Source: Octopus sinensis (lineage: Eukaryota). Taken from it: DNA of 64,000 nucleotides. Positions 10,831 to 23,607 of the stretch are shown piece by piece. Each line of letters starts with the position of its first letter. The first letter of the stretch is position 1. Where the stretch lies: assembly GCF_006345805.1 (NCBI RefSeq), contig NC_043000.1, positions 33,790,001-33,854,000 of the forward strand. Direction: 5' to 3'. The notes beneath the pieces were generated by a model that was not told the DNA's origin, did no database searches, and saw nothing but the letters and a program-made list of their open reading frames with translations. The position numbers were made by a program, and so were the translations under genes.

Positions 10831-11811
10831 GAGCGAGAGAGAGAGAGAAGAAAGAGAAAGAGAGAGCGAGAGAGATGGAGAGAGAGAGAGAAAGAGAAAG
10901 AGAGAGAGAGAGAGAGAAATAGTCTAAAACATTCCTTTTATATCTAATATACAGAACTAAATACCGAATGTCTGTATTTGTTCTGTAGTTTTTGTAACCA
11001 AGGCTGACTACTAATGAGTAATTAACAACACCTTTAAATATTTTGGACACTTTTATGCAGTGAAAGCTTTCCCATAATTCTTACCAAGTTTCCGATCACA
11101 ATCATTGCAATTGATCAGTCATTCACCAATTCGCCATTTTCTCCATAAATTATCAATGTCATATTGACCAGTCACAATGTTCCAGACTTTTGAAAGACAG
11201 AATGGTTTATGGTGTAAGTGGTTGCCTTAAAGCACTACCAACGTTAAGTGAGGGAGAGAGAGAGAGAGAGTTTTCTTCATCGATTAATCAATGACAGAGA
11301 GGAAGGATGTGATTGAGTTGTGTTTAGATGTTTCTCGATGTTTTTCCTTGGAGTAAATAAAATATTCATTGGTTTACCACTAATAAATCGATAACAGAAA
11401 TAGGGAGAGGAAAAGTAGAAAGAAACGGGAATCGTTTGTGTGTGGTAGCAAAACAAACCAAAACTTTGGTTTTAAGAATGAGAATAATAGTAGCGTATAA
11501 TGGCAGTTGGGAAGAGAATTGGTAGGAGGAATGAGAGAATGTCTTGAAGTATTCGTCGTTCATTTTGAAATGAAGAAAGGAAGTTTCCACGGTCCTTTAG
11601 GGGATATTTAAGAATGAAAAGGACCCCAAAGGAGAAAATGGCTACAGAATAGATTCGGCTAAAGTGATACAAGGTCTAAGCGGAAGTGTTAAAAGGGGGA
11701 CAACGATTAACTCCCTTTAAATTTTGATACCCAACCACAACGTTCTCAACTTCCGGTATCGATGAAATGAATACAAGTAAATTAATAACCGGCATAATTA
11801 ACAAATTAACA

Positions 11812-11885
11812 ACGGGCATATTGCGTAGTGGTTAAGAGCAAAGGCTACTAAGCCCAATATTTCGAGTTCGATTCCAGGCAGTGAC
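11812..11885 (+). mobile_element. tRNA-like Pol III head of composite SINE, family D
   Basis: A-box TTGCGTAGTGG (11821), B-box GTTCGATTCC (11866), anticodon-arm-like GGCTACTAAGCC; second copy at 33197. Confidence 0.75.
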
Positions 11886-11898
11886 ATAAATAATACTA

Positions 11899-11961
<63 letters not shown>

Positions 11962-11962
<1 letters not shown>

Positions 11963-14403
11963 CCAAAAAAGAAGAATTTTAAAATAACAAACTCAGCATC
12001 TGAGCAACTTTGGACCCCCATAACAACTGAAGAGGTCACCCAGGCACTGCAAAGACTAAGCAACTGTAAGGCACCTGGGCATGACAAGATCCCCAACTTC
12101 TGGTTGAAATATCTAACAGGAATGCACAAAAAGCTGGCTGAAAATTTTAACAACATACTAGCAGAGCCAGAGACAACGCCTGAATGGCTCATGAAGGGGA
12201 AAACCATCTTAATTCCCAATCAAATGAGACAGCAAACCAGAGGAAAACTACAGACCAATAACCTGTCTCCCTACGATGTACAAGGCATTTACTGCAGTGA
12301 TATCGCAAAGGTTGAACAAGCACCTAGACGAAAACAACCTGTTTCCAGAAGAGCAGAAAGGATGCCGCAAAGGCTCATACGGCTGTAAAGATCAACTAAT
12401 GATAATAAAGCCATAACTGAGACAGCACAGAAAGAAGAAGAAAGGCCTCAGTATGGCCTGGATCGACTACAAAAAGGCGTTTGATAGCACCCCACACATG
12501 GATCCTCGAAACACTAGCCATTAACAAAATAGCACCAACAATTATAAAATTCATTGGGCACTCTATGAATAAATGGAACAGTGCTACAGCTCCCAACAAA
12601 AGAGGACTCGTGAAAACCAAAGACATCCCCATTAGAAGAGGAATATTCCAGGGAGACACGCTCTCTCCACTCCTTTTCTGCTTGCACTGTCACCTCTATC
12701 TGATATGCTAAATAGAAATGGATGCGGATAATAAATGTTACGGCAAACGATCAGCCACTTTTTATATATGGATGACCTAAAACTATACGCTGCAAATGAC
12801 AAACAGCTGGAAACACTATAAAGACAGTTCATGGATTTACCAAAGAAATAGATATGAAATTTGGATTAGAAAAATGTGGCAAAGTAACCCTGAAAAGAGG
12901 AAAACTAATTAAGAGTAGCAACATCACACTAGATAAAACAATGAAATAAAAGAATTAGACCAAAGCCAAACTTACAAATACTTAGGAATCCATGAACTAG
13001 ATTAGACACAACACACCACAAATGAAAGGAAATAAAAAAAAGAATATTATAGACGAGTTAGATCAATACTAAAAACAGAGCTCAATGCTAAAAACAAGAT
13101 AATAGGTATTAACACTTTAGCTGTCCCAGTTATAAGTTACAGCTACAATATCTTAACTGGACACTAAATGAACTGACCAAAATAGATAGGAAAAACAAGA
13201 AAAATAGACAGGATCTAGGATGCATCACCCAAAATCTGACATAGAAAGACTATATATACAACGTATGAAGGTAGTAGAGGCCTTATACAGCTGGAAAACT
13301 ACTATAAAATAACCACCATAGGACTGCAAAAATATCTACTTCAGAGGAAAGAAAACTGATACAAATAGCGGCAAAACACGAGCAAAACAAAAAACTGTTC
13401 TCAATATTTAAGGAAGCCGATAATACAAACAAGAATCATACCACCTAACAAATGTAAAGAGAAGAAGAAGAAGATGAAGAAACAACAAAAGCTATAAAAC
13501 AAATGAAACCCAAACTAAACTAGAACAGCAAAGAACCATGATAAAACGATGGCAAGAAAAACCCCTTCACGGTAAATACTGGACTAAACTAAATGCAAAA
13601 GAAAGACAAAGAAAAATCCAGCAATGGTTGAGAAGCTCAGGACTCAAAGCAGAGACAGAGGGGTTTAATTGCAGCACAAGACTAAAGCCTCCCCACCAGA
13701 ACTTACAAAAACATGTAATGAAAAGAAATATAACAAGTAACTGCAGAATATGTGGAGATGGACAAGAAAACAATAAATCATATTATCTCTGGCTGCCCAG
13801 TCCTGGCTAAGAAGGAATATATCACAAGACATGACAGAGTTGGAACCTACATACACTGGAAGCTATGCCAACATTATGGAATAACAACAGAAAAAGATGG
13901 TATAGGCACACACCAGAAAAGGTCACAGAAAACGAGAAAGCAACCATACTCTGGGATATGCCGATACACACAGATAGAGAAATTAAGGTCAACAGACCAG
14001 ATATAGTGTCAGAGATCATGAAGAAAAAAAATGCTTTCTATTGATGTATCAATACCGGCAGATGACAACGCTTCTCTAAAAGAAATGGAGAAACTTTCAA
14101 AATACAAAGACCTGGAAATGGAGGTAACCGGAATGTGGAATCTAAAACAGAAAACAATTCTATCATAGTAGGTGCATTAGGCCTGAAAAAAATTATTCAG
14201 ACAAATACATAACAAAAACACCAGGACTTACAAACACATATAACATACGAAAAATTGCACTACTAGGCACTGCACACATCCTAGCTGAACACTTTCCATA
14301 CAATAACCATCAGAGCATCACAACAATCACAGCACATACCCAAGGCACACAGAGCTGCACTCGGTAGTGAAGCGAAAGCACGCTATAAAAAATAAAAATA
14401 CTG
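11962..14403 (+). mobile_element. R4/Dong-like RLE non-LTR retrotransposon, 5'-truncated, frameshifted
   Basis: Across frames: KAPGHDKIPNFWLK, WIDYKKAFDS, RGIFQGDTLSPLLF, YMDDLKLYA (RT); CRICG..HIISGC (CCHC); KEYITRHD, RPDI, KYKDL (RLE); bounded by (AAT)n on both sides. Confidence 0.9.
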
Positions 14404-14417
14404 AATAATAATAATAA

Positions 14418-14572
14418 ACATATCGAAAAATACCTTAGGAATGAGAACCCAGTTTCGAAATTTCCCCAAGACACCTGATGAAGGCTGGAGGGTATATCAG
14501 CCGAAACGTTGTGTTTACAACAAACAAGATGAGGACAAATATCCGTCAAATGTAAATAATGTAAATAATGTA
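14418..14572 (+). mobile_element. 3' tail of composite SINE family D
   Basis: ATCGAAAAATACCTTAGGAATGAGAACCC...ATGTAAATAAT; homologous copies at 18020-18295, 33079-33196 and 33358-33514. Confidence 0.85.
14469..14516 (+). ncRNA. Minimal type I hammerhead ribozyme motif (family D tail)
   Basis: AGACAC-CTGATGA-A-GGCTG/CAGCC-GAAA-C GT T-GTGTTT: 6-bp stem I with one G-U, palindromic ACGT, GUU triplet. Confidence 0.75.
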
Positions 14573-15436
14573 CAAGTTAATTAAATTGATTACACAATCC
14601 TTCAATATCTGTGACCTTGTGTTTATATTTGATATTAATAATATTAATTGCAAGTAATCGAATTTACCAGTCACGTGAATGGGAACGTGTGAGATTTCTG
14701 CTTTTCCCTCATGTTTTATCAATATCAATGATTTGTTGCAAACGTGGAATCGAAATTGGATTTTTGGATTCAGTGCGCCGAAAATTTACCAAAACTGCTT
14801 CCACTACATTATTCCTAATCACGCGAAGGATTTGACGTGTTGGTTGAATTTGAAGATTTTGAGGAGAAGAGGTAGCTAGAAGTTGAAGAGGTAAATTCAT
14901 ATGAGTAACACTGCTTCTGACTTAGTAAGTCGCCATAATGGAGACGGTTCTAGAAACATTTCATATTACAGGTCTTAGGTGTCTGGGGGAATACCTTTGA
15001 AGGAAACTTGGTAGAGTGAAGAAGGTGCGTGACAAGAGGGTTAGGGGCATCAAGGATGCTTGCAGCCAGATTAAAAAACACGAAACCTAAAGTTCAGAAA
15101 CGGATCACTGAACCTAAAGGATGTGTCGCAATATTTCAAACGTGTCTGGCGTCATTCAGTCTCTTTATCTCTCCTTTTCCCCCTCTTTCTCTTTTTTCTG
15201 TTTCTTCTCTATTTCCCTCCGGATGTTCAATTTACATTTTTCAAAGCTAATTGCATCATTTTTCATCACCAGCATCGTTATCGTTATCATCATCGTCATC
15301 ATGTCATCATCATCACCGTCGTCGTCATCATCATCATCCTCCTCCTCATCATCGTCATCATCAACATCCTAATAATTATGATAATAACAATGCTGCTGCT
15401 GCTGCTGCTGCTGCTGTTGATGATGATGATGATGAC

Positions 15437-15667
15437 GGCTGCGAGCTGGTAGAATCGTTAGCACGCGGGGCGAAATGCGTAGCCGTATTTCGACTGCCGT
15501 TACGTTCTGAGTTCAAATTCCGCCAAGGTCGACTTTGCCTTTCATCCTTTCGGGGTCAATAAATTAAGTTCCAGTTACGCACTGGGGTCAATATAATCGA
15601 CTTAATCCGTTTGTCTGTCCTTGTTTGTCCCTTCTATGTTTAGCTCCTAGTGGGTAGTAAAGAAACA
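15437..15667 (+). mobile_element. Meta-like SINE, family C
   Basis: tRNA-like head (GTTCAAATTCC) plus GGTCGACTTTGCCTTTCATCCTTTCGGGGTC, resembling the Meta domain; several copies in the window. Confidence 0.8.
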
Positions 15668-15715
<48 letters not shown>

Positions 15716-15838
15716 AATAATAACCACGTTCATCATAAAACCACTAGCACCGCCAACAATGGGCAATCATTGTCATTGTTATTGTTGCAGTTGCTGTTGT
15801 TGTTGTTGTTGTAGTTATTATTGTTGTTGTTGTTGTTG

Positions 15839-15906
<68 letters not shown>

Positions 15907-16062
15907 TAGTCTTATTTTTATCACGTGCTTTCACTGCACTACCCAGCGCAGCTCTGTGTGCCTTGGTTATGTGCAGTAGTTTGTTGTGGTGCTCTTATTT
16001 TCATTGTATTGAAAGTGTTTTACGTAGGATTTTATTATTATTATTATTATATTATTATTATT

Positions 16063-16095
<33 letters not shown>

Positions 16096-16534
16096 AATGT
16101 TGTTGTTGTTATTACTTCTGTTGTTATTATTGTCAATATGCAGCCGTAGAATCCCTAGTTTTATTAGTTTAATCCTTGCTGCTTATGTTTATCTCAGCGT
16201 GCGCTTATGTATGCGCATGTGCGTATGCGCGCGTGTTGTCTGTGATATTCTCTTCTAAATACTAACCCTTGAAATTAGCAGTGATTCACAAGGGTTTCGT
16301 TTTGACCTTACGCCGTCGGTGATCGCAATTTTCGGTTTAAAGTAATTTTCTTCTTTTTTTTTTTTAGTTTGTTCCTAGAAGATATAGAATTGTGTTGTTA
16401 AATCGAAGCCTTGTTAAATGATTAATATTTTATAGCCAACAACAACAACAACAATAACAACAACGGCAGTTAGAATATTCTCAATGAAACTAATTTTGCC
16501 ATTTTTGGTGGTAGCAATATTAAGTGGTAAAATA

Positions 16535-16763
16535 CAGTGTTTCTCAACCATTGTTTTGCCTTGGAACCCCTGTGATTCCTTTTTCACTCTACGAAACCCT
16601 CCTAGCCATTCGATAGTTTTATAACGAAATATTATTAGAAATTACATAAAAAGGAATTATTAAAATATTTTGCGTATTTCAGAAATATAAACACTTTACT
16701 GCAGATAAATTTTATCTTAAATGGAGCCGCAAGGGCCACTTTGACCCTGGTTGAGATCCACAG
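16535..16763. mobile_element. hAT (Charlie-like) MITE
   Basis: TIRs CAGTGTTTCTCAACCA / TGGTTGAGATCCACAG; similar layout to 2928-3181. Confidence 0.7.
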
Positions 16764-17586
16764 CTCTAATACATTGCCTGCCCAATATAAGGAGTTCAAA
16801 GCTATGGTTTTCTATTTCAGCATTATCGCTCTGACTCTCACTGAAGATTTCGTACTCTAACAAGTAGTGGATAATCTCATCAGCCTTTAATCCCCTTTCC
16901 AATTTAATATTTCATAATTCCTTTCATCATACCAATAATTCCCTCATTCATTTCTTTAATCAAGTATCTTTACTAAATTCTCCTATGATTATTGCTCAAT
17001 TAATGGTGACATTTAATTAAACAACAATCTAAGCTGTATTTAAGCATTGCAATCGCACATTACCCCCCCCCCTTTCACGAACGACTTTACAGTTAATAGA
17101 TCTGAAGTACTCATCACCATCTCACTATATACGCGCATGCGTGTCTGTGTACTTTAAGATTCGAGTCGCAGTTTACACAAACAGTTTGCTTGAATAAAAT
17201 GATCGGCAAAATTGGAGCATTTGGCTCTAATTTCAGAATCGCGTCCTCAAATCATTAAATGTTCCATTGTTGTTCATAAGCTTTCTTTAAAATAAGTACA
17301 TGTAAGTACACACACTTACACACACACACATACACACATACACACACATACACAGGAATGGATAGTTCAAAACATGACTACGTGCGTTCCGATAGAGCGG
17401 TTTAGTACCAAATACAAAGTTCGTTCTATAAAATATTAGAGAACATTGTTTTGTTAATGTTACTTCTACAGAGCATTCTATAGAAATTTTAACTAGCACT
17501 AATTTTTGTTACAACGTTTCGTATCAAGACGTCAGATGTAAACAAACAATAAGCTCGAAGATAAAATTGGGTAATGAGTGTATATG

Positions 17587-17627
17587 CCATATTTCGGGGG
17601 TTGTTGTTGCCCCTTCTTCAGTACCCA
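17587..17627 (-). ncRNA. Hammerhead-like motif with non-canonical cleavage site
   Basis: Minus strand GGGTA-CTGAAGA-A-GGGG/CCCC-GAAA-TAT-G; position 17 is G and the stem I partner (TACCC) is displaced by 14 nt. Confidence 0.35.
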
Positions 17628-17746
17628 TCTAACCAACTCTTGCCTTAGAACACATTGCGTATACAGCCACCGCACACAGCGCTGTTAAGTTATTGGATAT
17701 ACCAATTTACATATTAGACACATTCCTGGAATTGGTATGTAAGCGT

Positions 17747-17888
17747 TAAAGATTTGTAGGTACGTGGTACTTCGTTATGCAAACATAATGTACTACACTA
17801 TACACTATACTCTATACAATTTACAAACACAAACACATATAGTATATTGTGTTTGCATAACAAAGTAGCACGTACCTATACATCTTTA
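17747..17888. repeat. Imperfect 49-bp inverted repeat with low-complexity spacer
   Basis: 17747-17795 vs reverse complement of 17840-17888, about 6 mismatches. Confidence 0.75.
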
Positions 17889-18019
17889 GTATTACACAAC
17901 ATTCATAGACTCGCATTGTTACGTGACCACTCCGTTTCATCAGGTGGTATTCGGCCACATGTTTTGCAGACACACCATGAATCAATGAGGTAAGAGATAT
18001 TTAGGATGGAAATATTAAA

Positions 18020-18295
18020 CATTATTTACATTATTTACATTATAGACATTTGACGGATATTTGTCCTCATCTTGTTTGTTGCTAACACAACATTTCGGCT
18101 GATATACCCTCCAGCCTTCCACAAGTTCCTGGAGAAATTTTGAACCTGGGTTCTCATTCCTAAGGTTCGAAATATTCCCAAGACACCTGATGAAGGCTGG
18201 AGGGTATATCAGCTGAAACATCTAACAAGATGAGGATGAATATCTGTCAAATGTAAATAATGTACATAATCCCTAATTTGTTAAATATACAACTG
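18020..18295. mobile_element. Divergent (head-to-head) pair of family D tails
   Basis: Minus copy 18020-18164 with a mutated HHR core and plus copy 18162-18295 with an intact CTGATGA but deleted cleavage site; junction at shared AGG. Confidence 0.8.
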
Positions 18296-18603
18296 GAAAT
18301 ATTAAACTTGAAGACCGGTCAGACTGTAATATTCCAAAGGCGACTAAAAAATGTAAGTGTATTTTAGTGGGGTGGGGAACAGTCAACGAACATATTCAGT
18401 TCATGTGTAGAATTTTCTTATCGAAAGGTTGAGGCGATTTATTTTGTATCGCCAAACATGGTTGCACCATTAACTTACAAATGAAATTCTTTCTTAAAAA
18501 TGGTCTTTTCGATATATTAAAGAGTGGAACGATACAGAAAAGATTAGCATGGCCTCTACGCAAGGATGACACGCTCATAAATGTGAGTGTGTTTATATAC
18601 ATT

Positions 18604-18651
<48 letters not shown>

Positions 18652-19952
18652 CATACACACACTCACACACACACATATATATGTACAAATATATATGTCT
18701 ATATGTCTATATGTATGTATATATATATACATATATATATGCATGTAATATGTATCATAATGTATTATGCATGTATGTGTATGTTGTGCAGGTTTAATAT
18801 AAGCAAGCATACAATGTACAATACAATGTAGAAAGTAAAGAAATGCAAAATATCTTGCACACACGCACACACAATAGATTATCCTGAGATATTTCATGGC
18901 TGGTTGGTCACTCCTCAGAGAGAATAAGTACCTCTGCAACGCTTTACAATGACAATCATCATTATCATCATTGTCGTCATCATCAACACCGCCGCCGCCG
19001 CCACCATCACCACCACCACCACCAACAGCAACAACACCACCGCCACCACCGCCAGTACTCATGGTTGTCATCCATTTTAGAACCTCGTTTCCCTTTTCGC
19101 TGTTATCCATTTAATATTCACTTGTTACAGTTATTGCTGTTGATGCTGCCATTGATGTTGGGCGGTATCGTATGCTGTTATCTTTGCTTTTACAGTACAG
19201 AAAAAGCCAAGTCCTCCACCACGCACCACCCGCATCTCTCTCTCTCCCAACCCACACCAACCTATTTTTACAGATAAAGTTGCTCAAGCTAGACCCATAA
19301 AAAGAAGCAAAAACAACAAAAAACTAACAAACAACAACAACAAAAATCAACATTAATTCGTTTTTTTTTGTATTTTGAATAATGTTTTCAATCACGACAA
19401 ATGCATGGGAGAAAGAGAAACCGACAATAATGATAACAAAAAGGGGGGGGGAATAAGAAAACAATAACAAAAACAATAATGATATAAACAATATAGACTC
19501 CAGTCAGATCGATATTATATAGACAGAAAATCGATGGTAGAATTCAATTCGTAAGGATGAACCAATGAAAACAATATATTTGTAATGTTTAACGAAGCGT
19601 ATCTATGATGAGATCTGCGAACACCAAGTAGAATTCAACAATAACAAAAATTATAATAAAAAAAAAAGCAGATGATGATACATAAAAAAAAATAAGAGAG
19701 GAGAGGGGAAGAGAAAGGAAGAAAGAAAGAAGGGGGTGAAGTAATAAATAAAAGGATGAATTAAATAAAGAGGAGAACTGGGAGCTGTTGGTTGGCAGTC
19801 AAAGATTTTAGTAATGTCAGTCTGACCAGAGAACAAGCCGACCGTGACATCATAAGGATTTCAAGAACCAAACCATTTGGGGGAAGTCCGCCATGTTGTT
19901 CGTTTTATTTTTGTATCGTCCATGTCTAGTTTGTTTAAACTATGCCTCTCTT

Positions 19953-19990
<38 letters not shown>

Positions 19991-20628
19991 CTTCATTTTC
20001 TCCTCTACTCCGCTGACTACTTTTTACATTCATTGTTTAAACTACTTTCTCTCTCTTCCTCTCCCCCCCGCTTTGGTCTTCCTATTTCTTCTTATTATCA
20101 ATGTTCCTTTTATCTATTCACGTTTTACTTCCCTTTATTACTTCATCTTTCTTCCTTTCTTTTTCCCGCCATTTCTTATTCTCTTTGATTTTGTTTCCAT
20201 TACATCTTGTATGCACCGACTTACTAACCATATCGTTTTGCCTTTCTCAGTCTCTGCCATCTTAGTCTCTTTCTTCCTCTCTCACTCTCCTACGTTCACT
20301 CTTCTATGCATGCAAACATCCGCCATGATTTCTTATCACGTTCCTCTCTTCACATTCCCTCACAAAAATAGAAAATATATTTATATTTATTCATTTTGTT
20401 CTGGGAATTGGTATTTATATGACACTGTCCCTGTTACGCTCCTAATATTTATAACCTGACGACACACTTCACCTTCACATACAACCAGGACGTCTTCATT
20501 TCTTCAATATCTTTTGTGTAACATCATTTCATGCAACTCTTCATCTCAACAACGTTTCTCTATGTTTTTTTTTTGTTTTTTCACAACTTCAGACAGTATT
20601 GGCAATAACCATCAATAGTTGCGTCTTT

Positions 20629-20728
20629 NNNNNNNNNNNNNNNNNNNNNNNNNNNNNNNNNNNNNNNNNNNNNNNNNNNNNNNNNNNNNNNNNNNNNNNN
20701 NNNNNNNNNNNNNNNNNNNNNNNNNNNN
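20629..20728. other. Assembly gap (100 N)
   Basis: Exactly 100 N, typical of a scaffolding placeholder. Confidence 0.98.
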
Positions 20729-21581
20729 AACGATCTATCATGGCGACTATATATATATACATACATGTTTGTACATATATATACACACACATACATATAA
20801 ATACATACACTGTTGTTCTGGGAGAGTCATTTTCTTTTGTGTGCCTTATAATTTAACACACTCACCGTAAAATTTCCACTTATTTCTTATTTCAAACGAA
20901 ATACATACATTTATATGTATTGTGTGTGTTTGTAAATTTAGCCACCGATCTATCTTTTCGTATATTTACGTTTGTTTATCTCCTACCCTCCCTCTCTCTC
21001 TCTCTTTGCTTTCCTTTCTTTCTCTCTATGGTCTCTGTTTATTTTTCTCTCTCTCCCTCTCACTTTGTCCCCCATTTAACCCATTGTGTATCAAGAATGT
21101 CTACCTTCAAACCATTCTTCTGAAAACTGGAATATTGTTTTAAGGATAATGTTGCTAAGTTCTATAAATATCTTCTGTCTGTCTTGCACTTCTCTAAATG
21201 AAAGGCGAAATATCGAGTCAATAAAATGCTACCATTCCGACAGAAGACTCTTCTTTGCAATTGCGGCATTAAATTCTTCAAATTTTAATCACTGTTGCTG
21301 TTTATTGTTTTTTTTTTTCTTTGTCTAGTTGACGGCATAGTTATTACTAATATCCACTGACAGACACAGCGTGTTATTATTTAACCATAGAGCAGCTCTG
21401 ATTGAGCATATCTAGGAAGAAAAGCGTTCCACATTTGCCCACCCCAAACTTCTACATCAGCAAATAGAGCTTTCACTAGAGAATAATTCCAGGTCCATTT
21501 TCACTTCTATTTCAGCATATCATGTGGCTGTATTTCTTGTTCTGACTACTCTGACTGTCTGTTTGTCTCTCACTCTCTCTC

Positions 21582-21619
<38 letters not shown>

Positions 21620-22298
21620 TCTCTCTCTCTCTCACTCTCTCTTTCACTCTCACTCTCTCTCTCAGCTGTTGGCGGTGAACCTTAAACCTGAAGTTAGAAT
21701 CTCTACAATGATCCGGTTGTAGTAGCAGCAGCAGTAGCAGTAGCAGCAGCAGTAATAGTAGTAGTAGTAGTAGTGGTAGTAGTAGTAGTAGTAGTAGTTG
21801 TTGTTGTTATTTGTGGTGGTCATGGTGGTGATGTTGGAGGAGGCGCTTGTGTTTAACGCCAATGCAATCCTAATCGAGAAGACTTACAATCGGAAGCGTT
21901 TCAACCATGCCTACCTCACTTATTTCCAAGCACTGTGTACCTTGGACTATGTTGATTAATGTTTTATTTAAAAGATAACCGACGGTCATCGAGAGGCTGG
22001 CTTTATTCTTTCAAAAATGATCGTGAAAATGGCGCATGTGTTTGTGTAGTGGGTGTATCTGTGTGTATGTGAATGTGTGTATATACATTGTGCGCGTGTG
22101 CGTACGCGTGTTTATATGTGTGTCTAGATTTTGTGTCCGTTTCCCTCTATTTTGTCTGAGACTCTAGGTTTGTATGTCTCTCTCATTATTACACTTTCTC
22201 CTCCTTCTCTCCCTTCTTTCTCCCTCTCTCTCTCTCTCTCTCTCTTTCACCTTCCTTTCCTCGCTCTGTCTCTCTCCCTTCTTCTCTATCTGTCCACC

Positions 22299-22344
<46 letters not shown>

Positions 22345-23331
22345 ATTCCAGTAGCTTACTTATATCTCTCCAACCTTATCCGTTCATTGATCCACGGCTA
22401 CCTTATCTCTCACCTCATTGGTTCCTCTTATCCAACGTCTCTTTAATTATTCATCAAACCAATGACCAGTCTTTCGATCAATCACCTTAATCCAACAACT
22501 CATTTTCTCCTCCATATTATTCCACTAAATATTTCTTCAGATCTTGCCGCAGGAGAAATGGCACATTTCAACACACACAAAATGTAGGAACGGATCAAAG
22601 TATAATACACTGAGATAGATAAAGAGAGCTATCGATCGATAGATCGAATCTTACGTATACAAATCTGTGTTTTAGTTGTCTTTCTACGCCTAAATTATGA
22701 ACGCTTCTAGATCACGGGATCAAAAACATGTCTAGGTGTCAGAATCTCAGCGTTTAGAACAAAGCGTAACCAAAAGTAACCAGCGACTTAATTCTTTTGG
22801 AATAATAGGGATCCATAAGGTTTCCGTTTTCTGCAGTACATAGGCACAATGGTTACAGTACTGGACAATGATATTTATGGTATCTACTGACGGCTTGTTT
22901 CGTTCCGAGTTCCAGCTGAGATCGACTTCGATTTTCATCTTTTCAGAAATCGAAACAATAATGTACCAATCAAGTTCTGAGGGCGAATGAAGCAACTAAA
23001 ACCCCTTCCGCCCAAAACTGGTGGCCTTCTCCTTAAATTAGTAACAGTTGTTGTTGTTTCTTTTGTTAATTCCTTTCGTGTTGTTGTTGTTGTTTGTTGT
23101 TGTTGTTGTTATTGCACACAAAGCGATGACACAACTGCTTCAACGAAGCAATAGATCCAATCTACCTATGAACCAGTGTGTCGAATATCCAGGGTAATTC
23201 CATCGATATTATGGACCTTCGTTTTTTACTGAGAATTTTCGGGTTTAAAGCTCTTAGACAATATTGAGGTGGATTGGTGGCGATGGTCGTGGAACCGGCC
23301 TGTCTTTCTGGCATTCAACTACGTAAACTTG

Positions 23332-23445
23332 CTAACTGGCTTCGGGCTCAGTCGCACTACGTAGAACCTTGGGCAAAAGTCTTCTAGTATTGTCTCGAGC
23401 CAACCAAAGCCTTGAAAGTCGATTTGGTAGATGGAAAACAAAATA
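23332..23445 (-). mobile_element. Family B SINE 5' fragment
   Basis: Matches the head and CORE-like block of 6508-6660. Confidence 0.7.
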
Positions 23446-23535
23446 CAGTTTTTGTCTCTCTCTCTCTTTCTCTCTTTCTCGCTCTTCTCTCTCTCCTCTC
23501 TCTCTCTCTCTCTCTATCATATATATATAAATATT

Positions 23536-23567
<32 letters not shown>

Positions 23568-23576
23568 ATAATTATA

Positions 23577-23607
<31 letters not shown>

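Noticed and set aside
11814-11885. Functional tRNA gene
   Set aside because: Acceptor stem does not pair; it is a SINE head. The same applies to all other tRNA-like heads in the window.
16717-16902. ORF resembling a piggyBac-like acidic N-terminus
   Set aside because: Short, non-ATG start, overlaps the hAT MITE end; no downstream transposase motifs.
17508-17542. Minus-strand CTGACG..GAAACGTT with TTACA/TGTAA flanks
   Set aside because: Core and cleavage site both need indels to fit; too degenerate to call.
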